A stretch of DNA of 64,000 bases, taken from assembly GCA_032249235.1 (NCBI GenBank), contig JAVVGF010000004.1:43525-107524 (forward strand). The letters run 5' to 3'. Under the pieces are notes generated by a model. The model was given only the letters and a program-made list of their open reading frames with translations. It did no database searches and was not told where the DNA came from. The stretch is from Thermoproteota archaeon (lineage in GTDB: Archaea > Thermoproteota > Thermoprotei > Gearchaeales > Gearchaeaceae). A program made the position numbers and the translations under genes. Positions 1 through 10,863 of the stretch are shown piece after piece (position 1 is the first letter of the stretch; every line of letters starts with the position of its first letter).

Positions 1-2010
1 GAAGCAAGAGATTTGCATCCAACTCAATGGGGAAGGATTTGTCCTGTAGAGACTCCTGAAGGTCCTAACTGTGGTTTAGTTAAAAATCTAGCACTAATGG
101 CTACAATATCTGTTGGGGGTTATAGAGAAGAGGTCAAAAACTATCTCTTAACGAGCTTAAAGGTATCTACGAAGCCTACAAAAGAAAAATTCTCTGTAGT
201 TTACTTAGATGGAGAGTTGATTGGTTATCATGAAGATCCTGATAAGTTAGTAGAGACGATTAGGAAGCTTAGAAGGAAAAAAGTTTTACCTTATGAGTTA
301 AGCGTTGCTTTGTATGATAAACCGACTGGAAAAGAAGTCAGAATAAACACCGATGCTGGTCGTGTATTAAGACCTTTATTACTTGTTGAAAAAGGTAAGC
401 TTAAAATAACGAAAGAAATCATCAACAAGGTAAAAGAAGGAACTTTAACATGGAGTGATCTAGTAGGAGAATATATTGAATATCTCGATGCTGAAGAAGA
501 AGAAAATGCATATATTTGTGTAAACATCAAGGATCTAACACCAGAGCATACCCATTTAGAATTCCCGCCTGCTACAATGTTTGGAATTGTTGCATCAGTA
601 ATTCCTTATGCTGAACATAACCATTCACCTAGAAATACGTTTGAAGCTGCTATGGGAAAACAAGCTTTAGGCTTACCTTTCTTGAATTTCTTCAATAGAG
701 CTGATTCGCGTGCACACCTACTACATTATCCTCAAGTCCCGTTGGTCTTGACAAAGACGATGAAAATAAGCGGTGTCCTTAATAGACCATTTGGTCAGAA
801 CATGGTCGTAGCAGTTTTAGCTTATACAGGTTATAACATACAAGATGCAGTAATAATAAATAAAGGCTCTGTAGATAGAGGTCTTGCAAGATCCACGTTC
901 ATTAGATTGTATGAAACTGAAGAAAGGAGATATCCTGGAGGAGCTCAAGATAGAATAGAGATACCTCAGCAAGGTATTAAAGGTTATTATGCACCAGAAT
1001 TTTATGCTAAGCTTGAAGAAGATGGCGTTATAATACCTGAAGTAGAAGTAAAGGGCGGAGAAATTCTAATAGGGAAAACAAGTCCTCCTAGATTTGCTGA
1101 AGAATTTAAAGCAGTAGAAGCTTCTTTGAATAGAAGAGATACGTCTGTAATGTTGAGGCATGAAGAAAAAGGGATTGTGGATAGAGTTTTCTTAACAAAT
1201 ACTATTGATGATAATGTTTTAGCAAGAGTTAAAGTAAGGGATTATAGAATTGCTGAAATAGGTGATAAGTTTGCTTCGAGACATGGTCAAAAAGGTGTTA
1301 TAGGAATTTTATTACCTCACGAAGACATGCCTTTCACAGAAGATGGCATTGTTCCTGATTTGATCATAAATCCGCATGCAATACCTTCAAGAATGACTGT
1401 AGGTCAACTTTTGGAATCTATAGCTGGAAAATATGCAGCTCTTAAAGGTAAGTTTGTTGACGCAACACCTTTTGAAGGAGATGATGTTGAAGCAATAAAG
1501 AGAGAATTAGAAAAGTATGGCTTCAAATCAACAGGTAAAGAAGTGCTCTACAATGGTATAACAGGAGAAAAAATGGTAGCTGAAGTTTTCATAGGTATTA
1601 CATATTATCAAAAGTTGCATCATATGGTAAGCGATAAAATCCATGTAAGAGCAAGAGGACCTGTTCAAATTTTGACTAGACAACCTACAGAAGGAAGAGC
1701 AAGAGAAGGAGGACTTAGATTTGGAGAAATGGAGAGAGATTGCTTAATCGGTTATGGTTCCGCATTTGTATTACAGGATATATTGCTTGATATGTCAGAT
1801 CCAACATACATATACGTATGCAAGAAATGCAATGCGATGGCCTACTATGATGCAAAGAAAAATACCACGGTTTGCTACTTCTGCGGTCCTCATAGAGATA
1901 TTGTAAAGGTTAAAACAACTTATGCTTTCACAGTATTATTGAAGGAGCTCATGAGTATGTGCATTCATCCTAGAATATTATTAGAAGAGAAGATTGAGAG
2001 ATGGTCTTAA
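1..2010 (+). CDS. rpoB: DNA-directed RNA polymerase subunit B (5'-truncated by window; unsplit B)
   Basis: HPTQWGRICPVETPEG, GDKFASRHGQKG and GGLRFGEMERD motifs plus C-terminal Zn ribbon, all in one frame. Confidence 0.98.
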   Translation, partial: EARDLHPTQWGRICPVETPEGPNCGLVKNLALMATISVGGYREEVKNYLLTSLKVSTKPTKEKFSVVYLDGELIGYHEDPDKLVETIRKLRRKKVLPYELSVALYDKPTGKEVRINTDAGRVLRPLLLVEKGKLKITKEIINKVKEGTLTWSDLVGEYIEYLDAEEEENAYICVNIKDLTPEHTHLEFPPATMFGIVASVIPYAEHNHSPRNTFEAAMGKQALGLPFLNFFNRADSRAHLLHYPQVPLVLTKTMKISGVLNRPFGQNMVVAVLAYTGYNIQDAVIINKGSVDRGLARSTFIRLYETEERRYPGGAQDRIEIPQQGIKGYYAPEFYAKLEEDGVIIPEVEVKGGEILIGKTSPPRFAEEFKAVEASLNRRDTSVMLRHEEKGIVDRVFLTNTIDDNVLARVKVRDYRIAEIGDKFASRHGQKGVIGILLPHEDMPFTEDGIVPDLIINPHAIPSRMTVGQLLESIAGKYAALKGKFVDATPFEGDDVEAIKRELEKYGFKSTGKEVLYNGITGEKMVAEVFIGITYYQKLHHMVSDKIHVRARGPVQILTRQPTEGRAREGGLRFGEMERDCLIGYGSAFVLQDILLDMSDPTYIYVCKKCNAMAYYDAKKNTTVCYFCGPHRDIVKVKTTYAFTVLLKELMSMCIHPRILLEEKIERWS

Positions 2011-4592
2011 GAGAAGAATCTGAATACGTAATAAAAGGCATAAAATTCAGCATATTATCTCCAGATGAAATAAGAAAACTTTCTGTTGTAGGAATAACTG
2101 TTCCTGATACTTATGATGAAGAATGGACACCTATACCTTTCGGCTTAATGGATAGCAGATTGGGAACAATTGAACCATTACAAAGTTGTGCTACTTGCGG
2201 TGAAAGAATGGAATCATGTCCAGGTCATTTTGGAAGAATTGAGCTTGTTAGACCTGTAATACATGTAGGTTTCATTAAAAACATATATCAAGCTTTGCAA
2301 GCAACTTGCGTTGAATGTAAAAGAATTCTATTAAAGAAGGAAACAATCGAAAAAGTGAACAAAATGATAAATAAGTATGCTGAAAGAAATCAATACTTCT
2401 TCGTAAATCTTTTAATTAATCTCTCTTTAAAGAAAGCATCAAAAACAGAAGTATGTCCTCACTGTAAGACTCCTCAGCCCAAGATTAAGTTTGAAAGACC
2501 TTTCAACTTTTATGAAGAAAGTGAAAAAGGTACAAGGATCTTAACGCCTTATGATATTTATGAGAGATTCAAGCAAATACCTGATAGCGATGCTACTTTA
2601 TTAGGTTTTGTTCCTCCAAGTAGACCTGAATATACGATATTATTTGTATTGCCTGTTCCTCCAATAAGCATTCGTCCTTCAATTACTTTAGAAACGGGAG
2701 AAAGATCAGAAGATGATTTAACTCATAAATTAGGCGATATAGTAAGGACGAACGAAAAGCTGAAGCAAAGCATTGATTCAGGTTCACCGCAATTAATAAT
2801 TGATGAGCATTGGAATTTATTACAATTCCACGTCGCAACTTATATCGATAACGAAATCGCAGGTTTAGCTCAATCTGTTCACAGATCAGGTAGACCTTTA
2901 AAGACTTTAGCTCAAAGACTTAAAGGGAAGGAAGGAAGATTCAGAAACAATCTTTCAGGAAAAAGAGTTAATTTCTCTACTAGAACTGTAATTTCTCCTG
3001 ATCCTTTCATAAGTATAAATGAAGTAGGAATACCATATGAAGCTGCATTAAAATTAACTATTCCTGAAGCCGTTACAAGCTGGAATATAGAAAGATTGAG
3101 GAAAGCAGTAATGAATGGTACAGAAGTTCATCCTGGAGCAAATTATGTAATAAGACCTGATGGGAGGCAAATTGATTTGAGATTCGTAAAAGATAGAACT
3201 CAATTGGCTCAGCAATTAGGTCCTGGCTGGATTGTAGAAAGGCATTTGCTAGATGGCGAGCTTGTAGTTTTTAATAGACAACCTTCTTTACACAGAATTT
3301 CAGTTATGGCTCATAGAATTAAAGTCCTTCCTGGAAAGACTTTAAGAATAAATCCAATGGTATGCCCACCATATAATGCAGATTTCGATGGAGATGAAAT
3401 GAATTTATTCGTTCCTCAATCTCCTGAAGCGAGAGCTGAACTTGAAGAAATTATGGTTGTAGAAAAGCAAATACAAACTCCAAGATATGGTGGCTCAATT
3501 ATAGGAGCTTTGCATGATTATATAACTTCAGCTTATCTTTTGACTAGGAAAGGTACGAGATTAAACAAGTTCGTTGCTGCCTTCGTGATGGGAATGGGAG
3601 AATATAAAGGAGAGGTTAAGACAAATGGAAGAGAAATATTCGAATCTTTCTTACCTGAAATAGATTATGAGAATAAACCTCTAGCGGCTTTCGAGGAAGA
3701 AGATAAACAACTAATTATAAAGAAAGGAAAAATAATAAGAGGGGTTATCGATCATAATGCAATAGGAGATCAAAAAACTAAAACGTTAATTTCTAAGATA
3801 TTCTTTAAATATGGACCAAAAGCAACTGCTGATTTCTTAGATAAAGCCGGAAAAATGCTTCTCGGTTTCTTAGATCATTATGGTTTCAGCATAGGTTTGG
3901 ATGATTTACATCTAGATGAAGATGTTTATAGAAAAATCGATGAACTCATAGCTAAGCATTTTGAAAAGGTAAACGAATATATCGAGAAATATTTCAAAGG
4001 CGAATTAGAAAGAGAACCAGGTGCTACATTAGAGGAAACTCTTGAACAAAAAATAATGGATGAATTAAATCTTGCGAGAGATGAAGCTGGAAAATTTGTA
4101 GAAGGCTTCTTTTCAAGAGACAATTCTATATTGATAACTGCAAAGACTGGTGCAAGAGGTAAAATGCTTAATCTTTTCCACATGACTGCATGCATTGGTC
4201 AGCAAGCATTGAGAGGAAAAAGAATTAATAGAGGTTATGAAAACAGAACATTGCCCCACTTCAAAAAAGGCGATATATCACCTGCAGCAAGAGGTTTCAT
4301 CAAAAGCAACTATGTAAAAGGCTTATCTCCAATAGAATTCTTCTTCCATGCTGTTTCTGGAAGAGAAGGATTAGTAGATACTGCTGTTAGGACTTCACAA
4401 AGCGGATACATGCAAAGAAGGCTCATAAATGCACTATTAGATTTGCATGTTGAATATGATGGCACAGTAAGAGATAGTGAAGGTAACATTGTTCAATTCA
4501 AATACGGTGAAGATGGAATTGATCCTAGCAAGAGTTATGGTCATGATCCGATTGATTTAGATGGTATTATTAGAGAGGTGTTAGAAGAATGA
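2001..4592 (+). CDS. rpoA1: RNA polymerase subunit A'
   Basis: Catalytic NADFDGD; CxxC..CPGHFG; follows rpoB. Confidence 0.98.
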   Translation: MVLREESEYVIKGIKFSILSPDEIRKLSVVGITVPDTYDEEWTPIPFGLMDSRLGTIEPLQSCATCGERMESCPGHFGRIELVRPVIHVGFIKNIYQALQATCVECKRILLKKETIEKVNKMINKYAERNQYFFVNLLINLSLKKASKTEVCPHCKTPQPKIKFERPFNFYEESEKGTRILTPYDIYERFKQIPDSDATLLGFVPPSRPEYTILFVLPVPPISIRPSITLETGERSEDDLTHKLGDIVRTNEKLKQSIDSGSPQLIIDEHWNLLQFHVATYIDNEIAGLAQSVHRSGRPLKTLAQRLKGKEGRFRNNLSGKRVNFSTRTVISPDPFISINEVGIPYEAALKLTIPEAVTSWNIERLRKAVMNGTEVHPGANYVIRPDGRQIDLRFVKDRTQLAQQLGPGWIVERHLLDGELVVFNRQPSLHRISVMAHRIKVLPGKTLRINPMVCPPYNADFDGDEMNLFVPQSPEARAELEEIMVVEKQIQTPRYGGSIIGALHDYITSAYLLTRKGTRLNKFVAAFVMGMGEYKGEVKTNGREIFESFLPEIDYENKPLAAFEEEDKQLIIKKGKIIRGVIDHNAIGDQKTKTLISKIFFKYGPKATADFLDKAGKMLLGFLDHYGFSIGLDDLHLDEDVYRKIDELIAKHFEKVNEYIEKYFKGELEREPGATLEETLEQKIMDELNLARDEAGKFVEGFFSRDNSILITAKTGARGKMLNLFHMTACIGQQALRGKRINRGYENRTLPHFKKGDISPAARGFIKSNYVKGLSPIEFFFHAVSGREGLVDTAVRTSQSGYMQRRLINALLDLHVEYDGTVRDSEGNIVQFKYGEDGIDPSKSYGHDPIDLDGIIREVLEE

Positions 4593-5806
4593 ATTTACCA
4601 AGCTATTTAGTTGAGAAGCTTAATAAAAGTGGTGTTTCAAAAAGCGTAATACTTGCTCTTGAAGAAAAATTAAGCAAATATGGTAAGATAAGTGAAAAGA
4701 AGCTTGAAGAAATAGTAGATAAAGTAGTTGAAAATTACAGAAGAGCTTTAGTAGAACCAGGTGAAAACGTTGGGGTTGTTGCAGCTCAATCAGTAGGAGA
4801 ACCAGGCACACAAATGACTTTAAGAACTTTTCACTTCGTTGGAGTCAAAGAGTTAAATGTAACTCTAGGTCTTCCAAGATTAATAGAGATATTTGATGCA
4901 CGTAGTAAACCTACAACACCGACGATGATAATACCTTTAGAGAAGAAATATGCTAAAGATAGAGAAAAAGCCTATGAAATTGCAATAAAATTAGAAGAAT
5001 TATTAGTCGAGGATATTGTTGAAGTTTCAAGCATTGATTTAGTTAACAATGAAATAATATTTGAATTAAATGCGAATCTGTTAAAGAGTAGGAATATAAA
5101 TACAGACGAATTGAAGGAAATAATATCTTCGAAGGTAAAATCTATCGAAGTAAAAATTTCTGGCGGTAAAAAAGGAGCTCCTTTGATTATGCAAATAAAA
5201 TCTAAGAGAGAGCTAACAATACAACAATTGAATAAGCTGAAAGATAGAATACTTAAAGTTAGAATAAAAGGTGTTCCTAAAATTAGGAGAACAGTTATAA
5301 GAAAAGTCGATTTAGGGAATGGAGATTATGAATACGTAATTGCAACTGAAGGTTCAAACTTAAAGGACATCTTAAGTATTGAAGGTATAGATAAAAGAAG
5401 AGTTTATACTAATGATATTTTCGAAGTATATAGTATATTAGGAATAGAAGCTGCAAGGGAAGTCATAATAAGAGAAGCAATGCGAGTACTTGAAGATCAA
5501 GGTTTGGATGTGAATATAAGGCATGTCATGTTAATAGCAGATGCGATGACAAGAACTGGTAGAATAAAGCAAATAGGCAGGCATGGCATTGTAGGAGACA
5601 AAGCGAGTGTTTTGGCAAAGGCTGCTTTTGAACTTACAACGAAGCACTTGTATGATGCTTCAGCTAGAGCAGCGGTGGATCATATATTGGGAAATGCAGA
5701 AAGCATAATTACTGGACAGCCAATAAGAAGCGGTACAGGTCATATAAAAGTTTATTTAGACCTTTGGAAACTACTTGGTAAGTCGGAGAATGGTGGATCT
5801 AGCTAA
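4589..5806 (+). CDS. rpoA2: RNA polymerase subunit A''
   Basis: [18 protein letters not shown] and [10 protein letters not shown] motifs. Confidence 0.98.
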   Translation: MNLPSYLVEKLNKSGVSKSVILALEEKLSKYGKISEKKLEEIVDKVVENYRRALVEPGENVGVVAAQSVGEPGTQMTLRTFHFVGVKELNVTLGLPRLIEIFDARSKPTTPTMIIPLEKKYAKDREKAYEIAIKLEELLVEDIVEVSSIDLVNNEIIFELNANLLKSRNINTDELKEIISSKVKSIEVKISGGKKGAPLIMQIKSKRELTIQQLNKLKDRILKVRIKGVPKIRRTVIRKVDLGNGDYEYVIATEGSNLKDILSIEGIDKRRVYTNDIFEVYSILGIEAAREVIIREAMRVLEDQGLDVNIRHVMLIADAMTRTGRIKQIGRHGIVGDKASVLAKAAFELTTKHLYDASARAAVDHILGNAESIITGQPIRSGTGHIKVYLDLWKLLGKSENGGSS

Positions 5807-6095
5807 GGAATTACCTTTACTTTTTAAGACGGGTAAAGTAGTTTATGGTTACAAAGAAGTGATTAATGTATTGTATCATGGCAAAGTGAATGGTGTAATC
5901 ATAGCCTCGAAAATACCGAAAGAAATTTTCGATAAATTAACTTATTATTGCAAACTCGCTAATGTTCCATACTATATTTTTGAAGGAAGCAGTGCTGAAT
6001 TGGGAAAGCTATGCGGGAAAAATTTCGTAATAAGTTCAATAGCTATTTTAAATGCCGGCGAATCGAGCATTCTAGATTTATTTAAGAATGAATGA
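5790..6095 (+). CDS. rpl30e: 50S ribosomal protein L30e
   Basis: [19 protein letters not shown]; ATG at 5790; synteny. Confidence 0.95.
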   Translation: MVDLAKELPLLFKTGKVVYGYKEVINVLYHGKVNGVIIASKIPKEIFDKLTYYCKLANVPYYIFEGSSAELGKLCGKNFVISSIAILNAGESSILDLFKNE

Positions 6096-6525
6096 AGGAA
6101 TAAAATTAAGTAATAGAGAACTAGAGTTCATAAATCTATTTGAATTAATATCTTCTGTCAAAGTGAAAGACTGCATTATAGATGAAAAATTTAATAGAGC
6201 AATATTCTTAGTAGAACCAACACAGGTAGGAATCGCAATAGGTAAAGGAGGAGAAAAAATAAACGCTTTCAAAAAGCTTTCTTCAATAGATGCCGAAATT
6301 GTTCCTTATTATGAAGATTTAGAAAAGATGGCTAGAGGATGCTTTATGCCTTTCGAAATTAAAGATGTAAAAATTACCCAGAATAGCAAAGGTGAAAAAA
6401 TTTTACTTGTCTACGTAGATCCTGCAACTAAAGCAAAGGTAATAGGTGCTTCAGGTAGGAATGTTGTAAGAGCAAGGCTTATCCTTCAAAGATATTTTGG
6501 AATAAAAAATGTCATTGTTGTTTAA
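6088..6525 (+). CDS. nusA: Archaeal NusA (two KH domains)
   Basis: AIGKGG and VIGASG KH motifs; synteny. Confidence 0.95.
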   Translation: MNEGIKLSNRELEFINLFELISSVKVKDCIIDEKFNRAIFLVEPTQVGIAIGKGGEKINAFKKLSSIDAEIVPYYEDLEKMARGCFMPFEIKDVKITQNSKGEKILLVYVDPATKAKVIGASGRNVVRARLILQRYFGIKNVIVV

Positions 6526-6560
6526 AAAAATTAATAAGTCGATATATAGAGAGTTGAAAT

Positions 6561-6998
6561 ATGGGTAAATCACCTGCAGGCTTATATGCGGCTCGTAAGC
6601 TAGTTAAGAAAAGACAAAAATTTAGATGGAGTAAGATAACTTACAAAAGAAGAGTTCTAAGATTAAAAGAAAAATTCGATCCTCTTGAAGGAGCTCCACA
6701 AGCAAGGGGTATAGTTATAGAAAAAGTAGGTGTTGAATCAAGACAACCTAACTCTGCTGTTAGAAAATGCGTAAGAGTTCAGCTAGTTAAGAATGGTAAG
6801 CAAATAACAGCTTTCGTTCCTAAAGATGGCGCTCTCAATATAATTAGTGAGCATGATGAAGTTATTGTTGAAGGAATAGGAGGTCCTCAAGGAAGAGCAT
6901 ATGGAGACTTACCGGGAGTGAGATGGAAGGTTGTAAAAGTAAACGGTGTCGCATTAAGTGAAATATTAAAAGGTAAAAAACAAAAACCACAGAGATGA
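6561..6998 (+). CDS. rps12: 30S ribosomal protein S12
   Basis: [24 protein letters not shown]. Confidence 0.98.
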   Translation: MGKSPAGLYAARKLVKKRQKFRWSKITYKRRVLRLKEKFDPLEGAPQARGIVIEKVGVESRQPNSAVRKCVRVQLVKNGKQITAFVPKDGALNIISEHDEVIVEGIGGPQGRAYGDLPGVRWKVVKVNGVALSEILKGKKQKPQR

Positions 6999-7579
6999 GC
7001 CAAATAGTAAACCAGCCTAAAATTCTAGTATTTGGTAAATGGAGTACAGATAATATTGTTATTAACGATCCTGCACTTAGAAGATACATTTGTCTTAAAC
7101 CGATGCATGCCCCACATTTAGCTGGCAGATATGCAAATAAGCGCTTTGGAAAAAGTGAAGTACCAATATATGAAAGACTTGCAAATCATTTAATGAAAAA
7201 AGGAAGAAATCAAGGTAAAAAACTGAAAGCATTGAACATCGTAAGAAAAGCTTTTACAATAATTGAAAGTAGAACTAAAGAAAATCCTATACAAATTTTA
7301 GTTAGAGCTATTGAAAATGCTTCACCTAGAGAAGAGACAACAAGAATATTGCTAGGAGGTATAGTTTACCATGTTGCAGTCGATAGTGCACCTCAAAGAA
7401 GAGTTGATTTAGCATTGAGATGGATTTGTGAAGGAGCAAGATTATCTTCCTTTAATAATCCTAAGCCTATTGAAGAATCTTTAGCAGATGAATTAATTTT
7501 AGCGGCAAATAACGATAGTAGATCTTATGCGATTAGGAAAAAAGAAGAAGTTGAAAGAATTGCCCTTGCATCACGTTAA
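6995..7579 (+). CDS. rps7: 30S ribosomal protein S7
   Basis: [19 protein letters not shown]. Confidence 0.97.
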   Translation: MSQIVNQPKILVFGKWSTDNIVINDPALRRYICLKPMHAPHLAGRYANKRFGKSEVPIYERLANHLMKKGRNQGKKLKALNIVRKAFTIIESRTKENPIQILVRAIENASPREETTRILLGGIVYHVAVDSAPQRRVDLALRWICEGARLSSFNNPKPIEESLADELILAANNDSRSYAIRKKEEVERIALASR

Positions 7580-7622
7580 AAATTTATAAATAGATAAAAA
7601 CAAATAATCAATACGTTCGCTC

Positions 7623-8918
7623 ATGGCGGAGAAAAAACCACATTTGAATTTGATAGTGGCAGGACATGTAGATCATGGAAAATCAACTACTACAGGCCAC
7701 ATACTAACTCTTTTAGGTGTAGTGGATAAAAAGAGACTTGCAGAATTAGAAGAAGAAGCGAAGAAAAGAGGAAAAGAATTCGCGAAATATGCTTGGATCT
7801 TAGATACATATAAAGAAGAAAGGGAAAGAGATATGACGATAGATCTTACTTTCTTGAAATTCGAAACCAAAAAATATTTCTTCACAATAATCGATGCTCC
7901 AGGTCATAGAGATTTCGTTAAAAACATGGTAACAGGTGCTTCGCAAGCTGATGCTGCATTATTAGTCGTTTCAGCAAAGAAGGGAGAATTTGAAGCTGGA
8001 ATAGGAGCAACAGGACAAACAAGGGAACACGCTTTCTTATTGAGGACAATGGGAGTAAATCAAATAATCGTAGCTATTAATAAAATGGACGATCCTTCAG
8101 TGAATTGGAGCAAAGAAAGATTTGAAGAAGTAAGGAAAGGCATTCTTGATCTTTTAAGACAAGTAGGTTATCCAGTTGAAAAAATTAGAGTAATTCCAAT
8201 TTCAGCATGGTATGGTGATAATTTAGTAGAAAGAAGTAGCAATACTCCATGGTATAATGGACCTACTTTGGCTGAAGCATTCGATGAATTAGTTGTTCCT
8301 CCTAGACCTGTAGATAAACCTTTAAGGATACCTGTTGAAGCTGTATATTCAATAACTGGAGTAGGAACTGTTCCTGTCGGAAAAGTAGAAACAGGCAGAC
8401 TAAGAGTAGGAGATGTTGTTGTAGTCATGCCCAGTGGTAAGAAAGGCGAAGTTAGATCTATAGAGACCCATCATACACCAATACAAGAAGCCATTCCTGG
8501 AGATAATATAGGTTTCAACGTTAAAGGTCTAGAAAAAACAGATGTAAAAAGAGGAGATGTTTTCGGCCCTGTCGATAATCCTCCTACAGTTGCTAGTGCA
8601 GTTATCGCTAGAATATTCGTAATCTATCATCCTACATCAATAGCAGTAGGCTATACTCCTGTTATGCATATTCACACAGCTACAGGGCCTGTTAAATTTG
8701 AAGAAATTCAAAAGAAATTAGATCCAAGAACAGGCTCAACTATAGAGGAGAATCCTAAGTTCATTAAACAAGGAGATGCTGCAATAGTTAAATTAAGACC
8801 AATAAAGCCTATGATAATCGAAAAATATTCAGATTTTCCAGGTCTTGGTAGATTTGCTATTAGAGATATGGGTAGGACTATTGCTGCAGGAGTTGTTCTA
8901 GACGTAATTAAAGCATAA
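7623..8918 (+). CDS. tuf: Elongation factor 1-alpha
   Basis: GHVDHGKST, DAPGHRDF, NKMD, GRFAIRDMG. Confidence 0.99.
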   Translation: MAEKKPHLNLIVAGHVDHGKSTTTGHILTLLGVVDKKRLAELEEEAKKRGKEFAKYAWILDTYKEERERDMTIDLTFLKFETKKYFFTIIDAPGHRDFVKNMVTGASQADAALLVVSAKKGEFEAGIGATGQTREHAFLLRTMGVNQIIVAINKMDDPSVNWSKERFEEVRKGILDLLRQVGYPVEKIRVIPISAWYGDNLVERSSNTPWYNGPTLAEAFDELVVPPRPVDKPLRIPVEAVYSITGVGTVPVGKVETGRLRVGDVVVVMPSGKKGEVRSIETHHTPIQEAIPGDNIGFNVKGLEKTDVKRGDVFGPVDNPPTVASAVIARIFVIYHPTSIAVGYTPVMHIHTATGPVKFEEIQKKLDPRTGSTIEENPKFIKQGDAAIVKLRPIKPMIIEKYSDFPGLGRFAIRDMGRTIAAGVVLDVIKA

Positions 8919-9226
8919 TGCCAAGAGTAGCGCGGATATATCTCTCTGCAACAAACATTAGCGATCTAGAAAGTGTCGTCAATGAAATAAAAACAATTGC
9001 TGATTCACAAAATGCAAGATTAGCAGGTCCTGTTCCATTGCCTACAAAAAGATTAAGAGTTGTAACCAGGAAAACTCCTTGCGGCGATGGAACGCATACT
9101 TTTGATAGATGGGAACTAAGAATACATAAAAGAATAATAGATGTCATTGCTTCAGAAAACGTGATGAGACAGTTAGCAAGAATAAAAGTACCACCATCCG
9201 TTAGGATTTCTATCAACATTAGATAA
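8918..9226 (+). CDS. rps10: 30S ribosomal protein S10
   Basis: GPVPLPTK, RKTPCGDG, WELRIHKR. Confidence 0.97.
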   Translation: MPRVARIYLSATNISDLESVVNEIKTIADSQNARLAGPVPLPTKRLRVVTRKTPCGDGTHTFDRWELRIHKRIIDVIASENVMRQLARIKVPPSVRISINIR

Positions 9227-9270
9227 AACTTAATTATACCTTCTTTTCTTATAGTAATTAGCCGGGAAAA

Positions 9271-9366
9271 GCCGGGATACGAAAGCCCGAAAGCCTAGCG
9301 GACAAGGCGCAGGCCTTGAGAGCCTGTGGGCGTAAGCCCGCGTGGGTTCGAATCCCACTCCCGGCG
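9271..9366 (+). tRNA. tRNA-Ser(UGA) with a 13-nt non-canonical intron (9279-9291, position 8/9)
   Basis: GCCGGGA/TCCCGGC acceptor stem; CAGGC-CTTGAGA-GCCTG anticodon arm; long variable arm; TTCGAAT T-loop. Removing 9279-9291 gives GCCGGGATAGCCTAGC, identical to the 5' ends of the two other Ser tRNAs in the window. Confidence 0.9.
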
Positions 9367-9460
9367 TTTTTAAATCTGTTTATTTTCTTTGTTTTATGAT
9401 AAAAGAATTTTTACATATGTTTTTAAACCTTGAATGAATTTTTTTATTTTTCTTTGAATT
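9367..9460 (+). terminator. Oligo-T rich tract after tRNA-Ser(UGA), probable terminator
   Basis: Several T5-T8 runs directly downstream of the tRNA. Confidence 0.45.
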
Positions 9461-9509
9461 TTATTACAAAAATTTTTTAAGTAAGTGTTTAAATCATAAA
9501 CATAAGTAA

Positions 9510-9893
9510 ATGGGGGCTAGGGAACGATTAGAACAGATTTACTCTTTGGAACTTGGAAGACATATAATTGCAGATGTAATAGTAAGCAATAGTAGCAAAC
9601 TTAAGGATGTTGAATACTTGAGGAAAATTTTATATGAAGCAGCAGAAAAGGCTAATTTAAAAGTCATAAGCGATAATTTTACAACCTTTGAGAATACTGG
9701 AGGTATCTCACTTCTCTTATTCATAGCTGAATCACATTTATCAATACATACATGGCCTGAATATTCTTTCGCGGCTATAGACATATTTACATGCGGAAAA
9801 GATGCCAATCCTATAGCAGCTTATGAACATATTATAAAGGAACTAGGCGTTGTAAAAGCTTCAAAGAAGGAAATAAAGAGAAAATTACCCTAA
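9510..9893 (+). CDS. speH: Pyruvoyl-dependent S-adenosylmethionine decarboxylase family proenzyme (AdoMetDC or crenarchaeal ArgDC paralog)
   Basis: AESHLSIHTWPE self-cleavage motif; DIFTCG. Confidence 0.88.
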   Translation: MGARERLEQIYSLELGRHIIADVIVSNSSKLKDVEYLRKILYEAAEKANLKVISDNFTTFENTGGISLLLFIAESHLSIHTWPEYSFAAIDIFTCGKDANPIAAYEHIIKELGVVKASKKEIKRKLP

Positions 9894-9928
9894 AAATAAT
9901 AAGAGAATTTTTTGAAAATTATTATAGT

Positions 9929-10036
9929 ATGGGAGGAAGACAAAGGACTTCTTTATTTTTAGAGAAAGGTAAGCAAGAACAAAAACCTCAAGAAACAAAG
10001 CAAGAAAAGAAGCAAGAAGCTAAGAAATCTAAATGA
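9929..10036 (+). CDS. 35-aa Lys/Gln/Glu-rich small protein (MGGRQRTSLFLEKGKQEQKPQETKQEKKQEAKKSK)
   Basis: Translated by hand; fills the intergenic gap; ATGA overlap with the next gene. Confidence 0.6.
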   Translation: MGGRQRTSLFLEKGKQEQKPQETKQEKKQEAKKSK

Positions 10037-10830
10037 ATTTTTTTATAATTGCTCCAACAAACATTTTTTCTGATATCCCAAGCTTAAGAGAAAAAACTGT
10101 TAGAGTAGCAAATTTAGTTAGAACATTATTGATCTTTAGAGCAAGAGGTTTAATCCTTTTTAAATATGGAAAAGATGATGAAGAACTATATAGGTTAATC
10201 GAATTCTTCAAAGTCCCATCTTATTTAAGGAAATTCGTTTTCAAAAAAGAAAAAGCCTTAAAATATGTCGGTGTTGCTCCGCCAATTAGAGCATTTTATG
10301 AAGATAGCGATTTCGCTAGATATGGTTTTGTAGTTAAGAGCGAAAATGGAGTAAGTTATGTAAACATTGGTCTAAAAGATCTTGTAAAGATAAACTCAAT
10401 CGAATTGAAAGAAAAATCTCTAGTAAAAGTGGTTCGCGAAAAAGAAAAATGGAGGATTGCAAAAAAAGAAGAAGACTCCCTGTTTGGATTTGAACTCATT
10501 TTCATCGAGGATCTAATTAATTATTTAAATAAAATTAAAAACAAAGAAAATATAATTTTTGCAACATCAAGATATGGAAAAGAATTCTCTTTAGAAGATC
10601 TAAAAAGTTTAAATAATTTAGTAAGGACTAAGAAGAATATTTATTTATTATTTGGTTCTCCGAAGGAAGGATTATATGAGATTTTTAAGAAATTAAATAA
10701 AAATTTAGAAGAATATGCTGATTTTGTTTATAACATGTTTCCTAATCAAGGAGTTAAAACTATAAGAACTGATGAAGCCATATTTGGTTCTCTAGCTATA
10801 TTAAATCTACTCATTCCTAAAAGTATTTAA
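10033..10830 (+). CDS. SPOUT RNA methyltransferase (MTH1/C9orf114-like)
   Basis: PSYLRK, ATSRYG, LFGSPKEGL, PNQGVKTIRTDEAI; conserved position before rpl3. Confidence 0.88.
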   Translation: MNFFIIAPTNIFSDIPSLREKTVRVANLVRTLLIFRARGLILFKYGKDDEELYRLIEFFKVPSYLRKFVFKKEKALKYVGVAPPIRAFYEDSDFARYGFVVKSENGVSYVNIGLKDLVKINSIELKEKSLVKVVREKEKWRIAKKEEDSLFGFELIFIEDLINYLNKIKNKENIIFATSRYGKEFSLEDLKSLNNLVRTKKNIYLLFGSPKEGLYEIFKKLNKNLEEYADFVYNMFPNQGVKTIRTDEAIFGSLAILNLLIPKSI

Positions 10831-10863
10831 GCGATTTCTTCAATAATATTTCTAATCAATCTC

